From: Porticoccaceae bacterium
GTDB lineage: Bacteria; Pseudomonadota; Gammaproteobacteria; Pseudomonadales; Porticoccaceae
Assembly (NCBI GenBank): GCA_002746985.1
Contig: NVXH01000007.1
Span: forward strand, 151,322 to 196,433
Reading direction: 5' to 3'
DNA: 45,112 nucleotides
Part shown: in pieces, positions 9,854 through 18,252 of the stretch
Layout: every line of letters begins with the position of its first letter
How positions within the stretch are numbered: position 1 is the first letter of the stretch
Notes under the pieces: model-generated
Seen by the model: the letters and a program-made list of their open reading frames with translations, nothing else
Database searches by the model: none
What the model was told of the DNA's origin: nothing
Made by a program: the position numbers and the translations under genes

Positions 9854-10759
9854 ATGTTGATTAAGCTCTTAAAACATAAAGTAACTGTTTTCTTTGTATT
9901 GTTTATTTGTATAAATTTTAGTATTGCAGATAACAAAAGTCTTGAATTTCTCTGGGAACTTCATGGGCTTGATAATCCCGAGTCAGTTATTTATGACTCT
10001 AAGTTAAAACATCTTTATGTATCCAATGTTAACGGTCAGCCAAATGATAAAGATGGTAATGGTTATATATCTATTATTTCTTTGGATGGAAAAATAATTA
10101 ATAAAAAATGGATGGTCGGACTCAATGCACCGAAAGGCCTCGCATTGTTTGGTCGCAATCTTTACATTGCTGATATAGACGAGCTTGTTGTTATAGATAT
10201 TGATTATGGCCGTATTGTTAAAAAGTATAAGGTAGATGATGCAAAGTTCCTGAATGATGTTGCTGCTGCACCAAATGGTGATATTTATGTGTCTGATATG
10301 TTAACCAATCGGATTCATCGATTAACAAAAAATACATTTAGTGTTTGGGTTGAATCAGATGATCTTGAATCACCAAATGGTTTGTTTGTCTTGGGTGACG
10401 ACCTGATTGTTGGGGCTTGGGGGGCGATGACGGAGGGGTTTTCCACAGATATTCCTGGGCATTTAAAACGTATTTCAATTCAAGATAAAACAATATCATC
10501 TATTGGGGATGGCTCTCCGATAGGTAATCTTGATGGCGTTGAAGCTGCAGACCAAGAAGGTTTTTATGTCACTGATTGGATGAATGGAAAATTGTTTTAT
10601 ATTTCTAATACAGGTGGAGTGTCAACATTGCTAACCCTTGTTCAGGGTAGTGCTGACCTTGAGTTTATTGTCAAAAAAGGCCTTATATTTATACCGATGA
10701 TGAATGATAATAAAATACTTGCTTATAAGGTTAATGATGGGGGTAGATCGAAAGATTAA
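9854..10759 (+). CDS. Exported SMP-30/gluconolactonase-like beta-propeller protein
   Basis: Signal-like N-terminus, 'PESVIYD', 'GLNAPKGL', 'FLNDV', 'PNGL', 'LDGVE'. GAGGAG precedes ATG 9854. Confidence 0.75.
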   Translation: MLIKLLKHKVTVFFVLFICINFSIADNKSLEFLWELHGLDNPESVIYDSKLKHLYVSNVNGQPNDKDGNGYISIISLDGKIINKKWMVGLNAPKGLALFGRNLYIADIDELVVIDIDYGRIVKKYKVDDAKFLNDVAAAPNGDIYVSDMLTNRIHRLTKNTFSVWVESDDLESPNGLFVLGDDLIVGAWGAMTEGFSTDIPGHLKRISIQDKTISSIGDGSPIGNLDGVEAADQEGFYVTDWMNGKLFYISNTGGVSTLLTLVQGSADLEFIVKKGLIFIPMMNDNKILAYKVNDGGRSKD

Positions 10760-10760
10760 A

Positions 10761-11288
10761 CTAAACCCTTTGTAGCTTATATTTAAACTTAATTAATTTG
10801 TGTGTAAAGCCGGATAATTTGGTCGGTGGATAAAGACAGGTAACACGGAACGTATCCGCGTCTTTATCAAGCCAAAAGTTGTCGGAAAATATATTGACCA
10901 AATTTGTATCTGCTCCCCCTCCTCTCTTCCGAGGTGCTGTTTGGGGGCCGATGCGGCAAGCATAATATTGTGGATCAATGAGTGAGTATCTGGTGGACAT
11001 CAAACTGGGGATGTTTAAAAAAACCTTTCTAGATAATACGAACTTTTTCTTTGACTTTGGTGGTATGGGTTTTTTTTCTCCAATCAAACGAATTAACTGA
11101 GCTTGTTCACTGAATGATAGAGATGTTTTTTGTTGCAGTTCATTAATTAAATCTAAAAATCGCAGAACACTTAAAGCTGCCAATTGCGCTGTAATTGGGT
11201 TGTAGATTTTATAAGGAATATCGCAATGGGCTTCTGCTGTTACAAAATTAACATATTGATGCAGGTTTTCTAAAAACCGATATAGCAT
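10761..11288 (-). CDS. Hypothetical protein, 175 aa
   Basis: Only long ORF in this interval, with AGGAGG 7 nt upstream of the ATG. No family recognised. Confidence 0.6.
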   Translation of the reverse strand: MLYRFLENLHQYVNFVTAEAHCDIPYKIYNPITAQLAALSVLRFLDLINELQQKTSLSFSEQAQLIRLIGEKKPIPPKSKKKFVLSRKVFLNIPSLMSTRYSLIDPQYYACRIGPQTAPRKRGGGADTNLVNIFSDNFWLDKDADTFRVTCLYPPTKLSGFTHKLIKFKYKLQRV

Positions 11289-11364
11289 TACATGGCCTCC
11301 TGTCTTGGTTTTTGTAACAGTTGTTTCAGTTGAAGGCGTCGCGCTTTAGGCCGGCAGTAAAGAC

Positions 11365-11490
11365 CTATGGTGGAGTTAAGAGTATCAATAGTCCGTAGGT
11401 AGTATGGCTGGTATTGTCATGGTCGGGGTTAGCATTAGCACTTATTGCTATAGTCATTAATCAGGTTATGAAAAAGGTACGTTTATTCAT
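11365..11490 (-). pseudogene. Interrupted signal-peptide-bearing ORF remnant directly after fumC (possible orfX-like gene)
   Basis: AGAGGA RBS and ATG 24 bp after the fumC stop. Reads MNKRTFFIT*LMTIAISANANPDHDNTSH...PP* with an in-frame TGA at codon 10. Confidence 0.3.
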
Positions 11491-11514
11491 AGTTAAGTCC
11501 TCTTGTTGTGGCAA

Positions 11515-12894
11515 TTACAGGCCTCCTTGGGTTAGTTTTTCAGGGTCGAGCAGTCGTTCCAGTTCATTGCGGCTCAGGTCGGTATTTTCTTCAGCAACAT
11601 CGATAATTGGTCGGCTTTCGGCGTAGGCTTGTTTGGCAATTTTGGCGGCTTTTTCATAACCGATTATCGGGTTTAAAGCCGTCACTAAAATAGGGTTTCT
11701 GGTGAGCGCCTCTGTCAGGGATTTTTCATTGACAGTAAAGCTGGCAATAGCTTTATCTGCTAATAAAACACTGACATTAGTCAGGATTTCTAAACTAAAA
11801 AGTAAGTTGTGGGCTATCAGCGGTAGCATGACGTTGAGTTCAAAATTGCCTGATTGGCCGGCAATAGTGATTGCTGCGTCGTTTCCAATGACTTGAGCTC
11901 CCGCCATGGCAGCGGCTTCTGGAATGACGGGATTGACCTTGCCGGGCATAATAGAAGAGCCTGGTTGTAGTGCTTGCAGTTCTATTTCACCCAAGCCTGC
12001 CAGTGGGCCGGAGTTCATCCAGCGTAGATCATTGGCAATTTTAATAATGGAAACGGCCGTTGTTTTGAGCTGGCCAGAGAGTGCAACTGCAATATCTTGT
12101 GATCCAATATGAGTAAAAAAGTTATTCGCTGGCCGAAACTTGATTCCTGTCATTGCTGTTAATGCTTTATTGAACGTGTGTTTAAATTCTGGGTGAGCAT
12201 TAATACCGGTGCCGACCGCAGTGCCTCCTTGAGCAAGGCTTTGAATGCTGGGTTGTAGGTCAATAAGTCGATTGATATTTTGATCGATTTGATCGGCCCA
12301 GCTTTCGAGGCTTTGGCTTAAACGTATGGGCATCGCATCCATAAGGTGAGTGCGCCCGGTTTTTATATGATGATGTACGCTGTTGGCTTTATCCCGAATG
12401 CTATTGGCGAGATGTCGTAAAGCAGGAATCAACTGTTTATCCAATGCCAGGGCAGCACTGACATGAATAGTCGTAGGGATAACATCATTACTGCTTTGCC
12501 CGCAATTGACGTGGTCATTGGCATCAACTTTGTCACCATATAAAGTGCTGGCCAGGTTAGCCAATACCTCATTGGCATTCATATTAGAGCTGGTACCAGA
12601 GCCGGTTTGGAAGACATCTACCGGAAAGTGTGACATCAGTAATGGGTCTTCCTGTAAGTTGGCCGCTGCCTGTTGAATGGCTTCGCCCATTTTTTCGGGG
12701 ATTTGTTCCAAGGTGGCATTGGCGTTTGCAGCAGCCGATTTTACGAGTAAGAGCGCACGGATAAACGATTCAGGCATATGTAATCCACTTACTGGAAAAT
12801 TATTGATTGCTCGTTGTGTTTGGGCGGCGTATAGCGCATCAGCCGCAACTTCTAGGCTGCCCATACTGTCCTGTTCAGTTCGAGTGTTTTTCAT
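11515..12894 (-). CDS. fumC: Class II fumarate hydratase
   Basis: 'RTEQDSMG', 'QTGSGTSSNMN', 'GRTHLMDA', signature GSSIMPGKVNP, 'GNFELN'. Confidence 0.96.
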   Translation of the reverse strand: MKNTRTEQDSMGSLEVAADALYAAQTQRAINNFPVSGLHMPESFIRALLLVKSAAANANATLEQIPEKMGEAIQQAAANLQEDPLLMSHFPVDVFQTGSGTSSNMNANEVLANLASTLYGDKVDANDHVNCGQSSNDVIPTTIHVSAALALDKQLIPALRHLANSIRDKANSVHHHIKTGRTHLMDAMPIRLSQSLESWADQIDQNINRLIDLQPSIQSLAQGGTAVGTGINAHPEFKHTFNKALTAMTGIKFRPANNFFTHIGSQDIAVALSGQLKTTAVSIIKIANDLRWMNSGPLAGLGEIELQALQPGSSIMPGKVNPVIPEAAAMAGAQVIGNDAAITIAGQSGNFELNVMLPLIAHNLLFSLEILTNVSVLLADKAIASFTVNEKSLTEALTRNPILVTALNPIIGYEKAAKIAKQAYAESRPIIDVAEENTDLSRNELERLLDPEKLTQGGL

Positions 12895-12984
12895 AGTGTT
12901 AGCCTTAACAAATATTGTTTTAGTGTGGTGCTTTTTATCTTCTATCTTCTATCTTCTAAATTCGTAATTAAGCCAAGTAAGAAA

Positions 12985-13359
12985 TTAAGTCAAAAGCCCT
13001 GGTTGTAAGTAGTGGCTAGTCACTCGAAGCTCATGTATTAGTGAAAGAACCTACTGTTTACTCTGTTTGCATTCGGCCACGCACTGAAGTGAAAGTAATG
13101 GTATATAGATATGATCTAAACACTGACAGCGCCAGTGTGGTGGTAGGCATTCGTCGGCAAGAGTGTCCAGAAGTAACAGAAATTGTGCTAATAGATGTGC
13201 GCGGTGGACTGCTTTGGTATTTTGATTTGTGGATGGAGGCAGGTCTAAAAATTGACGGATAAGGCCGGGATTGTCGGGTTCTTCCACATTCCTGATTTTT
13301 TGGCGCAAACTCAGGTAAGTAGAGAAAGTGGTTGATGTGTTTATATTTAAACTGTTCAT
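12985..13359 (-). pseudogene. fagA: FagA-like protein interrupted by an in-frame TAG at 13051-13053
   Basis: 'EPDNPGLI' and 'LLLDTLADECLPPHWRCQCLDHIYIPL' match my recollection of the FagA family. It sits upstream of fumC with a Fur box. The frame continues 21 codons past the TAG (VLSLIHELRVTSHYLQPGLLT) to TAA at 12985. Confidence 0.65.
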
Positions 13360-13385
13360 AGTACGAGTATAGATCTTTATTAGAT

Positions 13386-13404
13386 GATATTGATTATCAT
13401 TTCG
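13386..13404. promoter_or_regulatory. Fur box upstream of fagA-fumC
   Basis: GATATTGATTATCATTTCG matches GATAATGATTATCATTATC at 15/19 positions and lies 26 bp upstream of the fagA ATG. Confidence 0.75.
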
Positions 13405-13585
13405 ATCTTTGAAGTTGTAAAGATAAAGATTTAAATTGATTGGTGGGGTGTCCCGGTGAAAGCAGGTACGTTTAATGATCTACGTTGTAGTATTGCCGGG
13501 CATGCTGAGGCCGGGATGACGGGAGTGGTTATTATTAAATAAAGGGGCTTATTATTGAGGGTGACAGCTTTAGGCTTGCCCTTTA

Positions 13586-14449
13586 TTATTTTTTCTTTTG
13601 GCGCTCAAAAAAATCCAGGGTTTTTTGGCGATTGACCAAATAATTGTACGTACTGATGTGGGGCCCGCGAGTTTTTACGTATTCAATATTCTCTCTGGTA
13701 TTACTTTGAAACTGGCTAATCAACTGTTCGGTGTGGTGGTTTGGAATTATTTGATCTGTAGAGCTACTGTAAATCAGTAAGGGCAGGTCTGGCCATTCAG
13801 ATACTGCTTTATCAGGGCTAAAGCGATTATCTATTATCCAAGATAATGGGTGTTGTAATGGTCGAGTGAGCCAGAATTCAGAGAGCTTTTCACGACCAAT
13901 ATGTCGGTAGTTAGCAAACGGCGCGTCAAGAATCACACCTTTAAGCCTCTCAATTTTGTTATGGGATAAATAATAGGCGCTAAGACTTGCTCCTATACTC
14001 TGACCTAACCAATAGGCTGGTAATTGTTGAGACTGGCTGCGGAGGTTAAGCCAGTGTGCGCCTGCATCGAGGTCTTGCAGTATGTCAGGCAGTGATGGCC
14101 GCCCTTGAGAGCGTCCATAACCACGATAATCAAGTAAGAGTAGTTCATAACCAGCTTCGGAAAGCCAGGCAACGCTATGGATATGTGTGCTGATATTCTC
14201 AGCATTGCCGTGTAAAACAAGCACGATGCCTTTTGCTGGTGTTTTTGGCAGTAGATGCCATGCATGTAACTGTGTGCCATCTTTGGCTCTAAGGTTTATA
14301 TCGTGGTAATTAATGCCTATTTTATCGGGTGTGAGCCGTATGTGTTGGTCTGGATAGAAGAAGGGTCTGCTGCAGGCAGTTAAGGTTATGGCAAGCATGA
14401 GAAGTATGGGCCAGCGCAGTGGCTTAAATACTGTTATTAAAAGCGCCAT
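13586..14449 (-). CDS. Lipoprotein alpha/beta hydrolase
   Basis: Lipobox LTAC, 'LHGNAENI', 'DYRGYG', nucleophile GQSIG, then Asp (DQII) and His (GPHI). Its start overlaps the DUF4105 gene stop by 13 bp. Confidence 0.85.
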   Translation of the reverse strand: MALLITVFKPLRWPILLMLAITLTACSRPFFYPDQHIRLTPDKIGINYHDINLRAKDGTQLHAWHLLPKTPAKGIVLVLHGNAENISTHIHSVAWLSEAGYELLLLDYRGYGRSQGRPSLPDILQDLDAGAHWLNLRSQSQQLPAYWLGQSIGASLSAYYLSHNKIERLKGVILDAPFANYRHIGREKLSEFWLTRPLQHPLSWIIDNRFSPDKAVSEWPDLPLLIYSSSTDQIIPNHHTEQLISQFQSNTRENIEYVKTRGPHISTYNYLVNRQKTLDFFERQKKK

Positions 14450-16326
14450 TCGATTCCTAACTGATATTCATGAAAATACTCACCTTCCGTGTGGCTTACC
14501 TGAGTGCTTCCAGTAAGAGATAGATTGGATTGTAGGTGATAGCTCAGCTGCCATGACAGTTCGTCGTAGTAGTGATTGTAGCCCGCAACACTGTCTGTAT
14601 GGATCAGGGCTAGGTGGTGCTGCCAATTGTTTTTGCGTGTGAGCCAGCCCACATGAAGGCCAAGATTGGCAGAATAGTTAGATGGCATTCGATGTTGATG
14701 TTGGTATTGAACCTCAAGCAGGGCGTATAGCTGCTGGTTTCCTATGTTGTAACTGTGTCCTGCCCCTATGTTCAGTGTACCGGTGAGAGGGTCGTCTGTT
14801 TTAGAAAGGTGTTTTCGATACAGCCCTGCATCTATTCGCCAGGATATAGGTTTAAAGAAATCGTTCCGCGGCGTAAGGGAGGTAATGTTCAGTCCGGTAA
14901 AGCTGGAAACTCTTAGGGTTCCTGTTTCACGGTAATCAATGGCCGTTTCCAGGAACTTGATTTGAGCACCATCGGGATAACCAGCACTGGGGTCAAGAAG
15001 GTCATGATACGCGGGCCTCAGTGTTAGGCGAGTCGTTTGTTTATGGTTGACATTGCCCTGGCTAATTGAGATTTCAAAGGTTTTATGTCCCTCGTCGTCT
15101 CGTACCAGGGGTTTGGGTGCAGGCGGGAAGGGGGAGTCAGGAGGTAGCTGGCTGCGTTGCTTTAGTAATGCCAGGGAGTATTCAGCAGCATGTTGGCGGG
15201 GTACTTCTTGTTGTTGAGCTTGATAGCGAAGATGGTCAAAGGCTACTTCGAGAACAGCTGCTTGTTCCTCGATGGAGTAGTTTTTAAGTTCTAATTTTGT
15301 TGTTTCAGAGTCTGATTTTGCTGTAGCTAGGGTTAGTTTATGTAGGTGCTTGGGTAGCATGTTAATTTTATGTTCGAGCTGGGTTGCCATAGAGGGACGA
15401 TACAAAATTTCACCAATAAGATCACTCGTATTCATTGATCTTAATGTGTCAGAGGGAATGGCATAGGTATGAAATTTATCAGTTAAATGCAATGAGGGGC
15501 GTGCGACATCCAGGAGCGTAAGAATACGGTAGGCACAGTTTTCATCAAAAAAGTAATAGTCAAAGTAGTTAGGTAGTAACTCCCAAGTATGAAGCAGCAG
15601 TCGTTCTATCTCTTCATCGGTAAAGTTAAGTTTATATTCCCAGATGTCTCTGTTCTCAATTTCACTGTATTCCTTGGCTTTCTGATAATAAGGTTTAACT
15701 GTAATCACGCCGGGATACCCGCCAAACAAGCCTCGAAAAGCATAGATAAGCTCAGGATCTTCGTGGTTAACATTGGCCGCAAAATTAATGGTTTGGGCCA
15801 GAAGTCGGTTGTTATTGCTTTGGCCATGTTGGTTAACACGTAAAAAAGTATGGCCAAACATAGATGAAGGGCTATTAAGGTAGGCTGCTGGAAAAATCAA
15901 ACTGATACTTTCAGCATTAAACTGTTGTAACCACTGATGTAAGTCTGGACAGTTATCAGGGGTGATATCTAATTTATCCAGTAAGCCCTGTTGATGCAGC
16001 CACTGGGCACGTGCGGGAAAACGACACTGTAAAGAGCGGGTTTGTGAAAGCTGTTCAATGCTGGCTCTTAATTCAGCCTTTGGATCATGCTTCCCCTTTT
16101 TTGATAAGAAAAAGTCGGGGGAGTCAACTTCTGACTGAAGTCGGTTATTCCAATCACTGCGGCGAAACTGTAATAAATTTAGCCATTGTTGCTGGGTCTC
16201 AACGTTGTCAGTGGAAAGGGGTGTTTGATTTGAAGCGAGTGTTACTGAGGACGTAAGTATCAGTAACAAAAAGACTGCAATGCAGGGTTGTGTCACTGAG
16301 CAGGCAGTGGACATAGAGTTATTCAT
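14437..16326 (-). CDS. DUF4105 (Lnb N-terminal-like) domain outer-membrane protein
   Basis: Signal peptide, 'QCRFPAR', 'SPSSMFGHTFLR', 'YYFFDENCAY', 'LRPAYHDLLDP'. The C-terminus has alternating beta-strands ending in WRF. Confidence 0.8.
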   Translation of the reverse strand: MNNSMSTACSVTQPCIAVFLLLILTSSVTLASNQTPLSTDNVETQQQWLNLLQFRRSDWNNRLQSEVDSPDFFLSKKGKHDPKAELRASIEQLSQTRSLQCRFPARAQWLHQQGLLDKLDITPDNCPDLHQWLQQFNAESISLIFPAAYLNSPSSMFGHTFLRVNQHGQSNNNRLLAQTINFAANVNHEDPELIYAFRGLFGGYPGVITVKPYYQKAKEYSEIENRDIWEYKLNFTDEEIERLLLHTWELLPNYFDYYFFDENCAYRILTLLDVARPSLHLTDKFHTYAIPSDTLRSMNTSDLIGEILYRPSMATQLEHKINMLPKHLHKLTLATAKSDSETTKLELKNYSIEEQAAVLEVAFDHLRYQAQQQEVPRQHAAEYSLALLKQRSQLPPDSPFPPAPKPLVRDDEGHKTFEISISQGNVNHKQTTRLTLRPAYHDLLDPSAGYPDGAQIKFLETAIDYRETGTLRVSSFTGLNITSLTPRNDFFKPISWRIDAGLYRKHLSKTDDPLTGTLNIGAGHSYNIGNQQLYALLEVQYQHQHRMPSNYSANLGLHVGWLTRKNNWQHHLALIHTDSVAGYNHYYDELSWQLSYHLQSNLSLTGSTQVSHTEGEYFHEYQLGIEWRF

Positions 16327-16402
16327 GGGTATGAGGCGAGCTAAAAAGTAGAAGGAATACCGGTAAACCTCCTGAAGACAATTTACCGGTTAAACTCAGC
16401 TT

Positions 16403-16879
16403 TTAAATATATTTGGCTAAGGATTGCTCTTTAGACATAACAGTAATGATGGCATTAACTACCTGTTCACTGGTTACTTCGCTGGTAGGATAGAGGGTAT
16501 CAAAGTTTTCGTGTAATACACGTTTAAACGTTGGTACATCAGCACTTTCTATGCCCATGACAGATGCAACAGTGTCGAGGATTTCTCCCTCACCCTTGGC
16601 AATGTCACTGGATAGTCGATCCATGTTATGGAAAACAACCGCGCTGGTACCTTTGTAATCAAGCGTTTTAGATGTATCACATCCATTGGTGCCTGAGGTC
16701 ATACCAAAGGTATTATTTCCTGATGTTCCGTTGGTTGTTGCTGCAACAACGTGGGATGGTGTTCCGGATGAACCCTCAAATAACATGGAACCCCAGCCGC
16801 AGCCAGGACCTGAGTTGTCAGCAAAAGCCAGAGTGCTGGCACCCATTATCAGTGAGCCGATCAAAAGTGGTTTTATCAT
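16403..16879 (-). CDS. DUF3015 family exported protein
   Basis: Signal peptide, 'GPGCGWGSMLFEG', 'NNTFGMTSGTNGC', 'DIAKGEGEIL'. ATG 16879 has an AAGGAA RBS; the longer 17101 start is unlikely. Confidence 0.85.
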   Translation of the reverse strand: MIKPLLIGSLIMGASTLAFADNSGPGCGWGSMLFEGSSGTPSHVVAATTNGTSGNNTFGMTSGTNGCDTSKTLDYKGTSAVVFHNMDRLSSDIAKGEGEILDTVASVMGIESADVPTFKRVLHENFDTLYPTSEVTSEQVVNAIITVMSKEQSLAKYI

Positions 16880-16971
16880 TGTTAATTCCTTTCTTTGTTT
16901 GTGGAAATGTCCATTACAAGAGGACTGATTATGGGAGTATTGATAAAGAATGGCAAAAATATAGGTCACAT

Positions 16972-17003
16972 TTTTTGGTGCACTGGTCTCGGTGCACCAA
17001 AAA
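16972..17003. promoter_or_regulatory. Perfect 12-bp inverted repeat in the DUF3015/nadA divergent intergenic region
   Basis: TTTTTGGTGCAC-N8-GTGCACCAAAAA. Confidence 0.5.
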
Positions 17004-17118
17004 GGGGCTAGGATGGTTATATGTGAATTAATTGAAAATATATCAGGTTGCGTTAGATTGCCGACTTGGTATATGTAATATGATAAAATCAGCTGGATCA
17101 CATTAGTTAGTAAGAATT

Positions 17119-18216
17119 ATGAACCAATCTTTAAAATTACGTCCTTCAAAGCTGCATGTCGTTGAAACATCAGAACACCAAGATATCGTCAATCGTTATC
17201 TGGCCCAAATCAATGATGATCCTAAATACACACCAGATGAAGAGGTGATGTATAAGGCACGTATCAAACGCCTTTTAAAGGAGAAGAATGCGGTTATCGT
17301 CGCTCATTACTACACCGACCCAGTCATTCAGCAGTTAGCAGAAGAAACCGGTGGCATTGTCTCTGACTCTCTGGAAATGGCAAGATTCGGCAGCAACCAT
17401 TCGGCCTCTACCCTGGTTGTGGCGGGTGTTCAGTTTATGGGTGAGACAGCTAAAATCCTTACACCTGAAAAAACAGTGTTGATGCCTACGCTTGAGGCAA
17501 CCTGTTCATTAGATATTGGCTGCCCTGTGGATGATTTCAGCGACTTTTGTGATCAGCACCCAGATAGAACCATTGTTGTTTACGCCAATACATCCGCCGC
17601 GGTAAAAGCGCGTGCAGATTGGGTGGTGACCTCGAGTATTGCACTGGATATTGTGGATTACCTGGATAGCTGTGGTGAGAAAATTCTGTGGGCTCCCGAT
17701 AAATATTTGGGTAGTTATGTTCAGAAGCAAACAGGTGCTGATATGTTGCTATGGGATGGCAGCTGTATTGTGCATGAAGAGTTTAAGTCGCAGGGTGTTG
17801 CCCGTCTTAAGAAAGTTTATCCAGATGCTGCGCTGTTAGTTCATCCAGAGTCTCCTGAAGCGATGATAGACATTGCTGATGCAGTGGGTTCAACCTCGCA
17901 GTTGATCAAGGCGGCACAAACATTACCCAGCAAGCAAATGATCGTGGCGACGGATATAGGTATCTTTTACAAGATGCAGCAGGCTGCTCCTGATAAAGAG
18001 CTGATTATCGCTCCTACGGCGGGCGAGAGTGCGACGTGCCGCAGTTGTGCAAGTTGCCCCTGGATGGGTATGAATAATCTTAAAAACCTTATGGAGTCCC
18101 TTGAGCAGGGGAGCAATGAAATTCATGTAGATCCAATAATTGGCCGGCAGGCTATGCTGTCATTGCAGCGGATGTTAGAGTTTCGTGAACAGCAATTGGC
18201 TGCTGAGGTTGTATAG
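17119..18216 (+). CDS. nadA: Quinolinate synthase
   Basis: 'VAHYY', 'DSLEMA', '[10 protein letters not shown]', 'ATCSLD', 'VYANTSA', 'GSCIVHEEF', 'HPES', 'CPWM'. Confidence 0.96.
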   Translation: MNQSLKLRPSKLHVVETSEHQDIVNRYLAQINDDPKYTPDEEVMYKARIKRLLKEKNAVIVAHYYTDPVIQQLAEETGGIVSDSLEMARFGSNHSASTLVVAGVQFMGETAKILTPEKTVLMPTLEATCSLDIGCPVDDFSDFCDQHPDRTIVVYANTSAAVKARADWVVTSSIALDIVDYLDSCGEKILWAPDKYLGSYVQKQTGADMLLWDGSCIVHEEFKSQGVARLKKVYPDAALLVHPESPEAMIDIADAVGSTSQLIKAAQTLPSKQMIVATDIGIFYKMQQAAPDKELIIAPTAGESATCRSCASCPWMGMNNLKNLMESLEQGSNEIHVDPIIGRQAMLSLQRMLEFREQQLAAEVV

Positions 18217-18252
18217 TTATTTGTTATTGCTATTTTAGTGAAGTTACTCCGC

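Noticed and set aside
11288-11293. ATG-TAA minimal ORF overlapping the start of the 175-aa gene
   Set aside because: Only 2 nt from the AGGAGG, too close to be used. The RBS spacing fits ATG 11288.
12936-12958. TATCTTC x3 tandem repeat between fagA and fumC as a phase-variation tract
   Set aside because: Only three units, intergenic and not in an evident promoter.
13051-13053. Pyrrolysine or genome-wide TAG recoding in fagA
   Set aside because: TAG terminates tolR, tolA, nadA, the M16 peptidase and aceE at their expected ends, and no pyl genes are visible.
5423-17118. A second att site (duplicated tRNA-Lys 3' end) closing the island
   Set aside because: I found no copy of the tRNA 3' end by eye, so the right boundary is inferred only from synteny with nadA.
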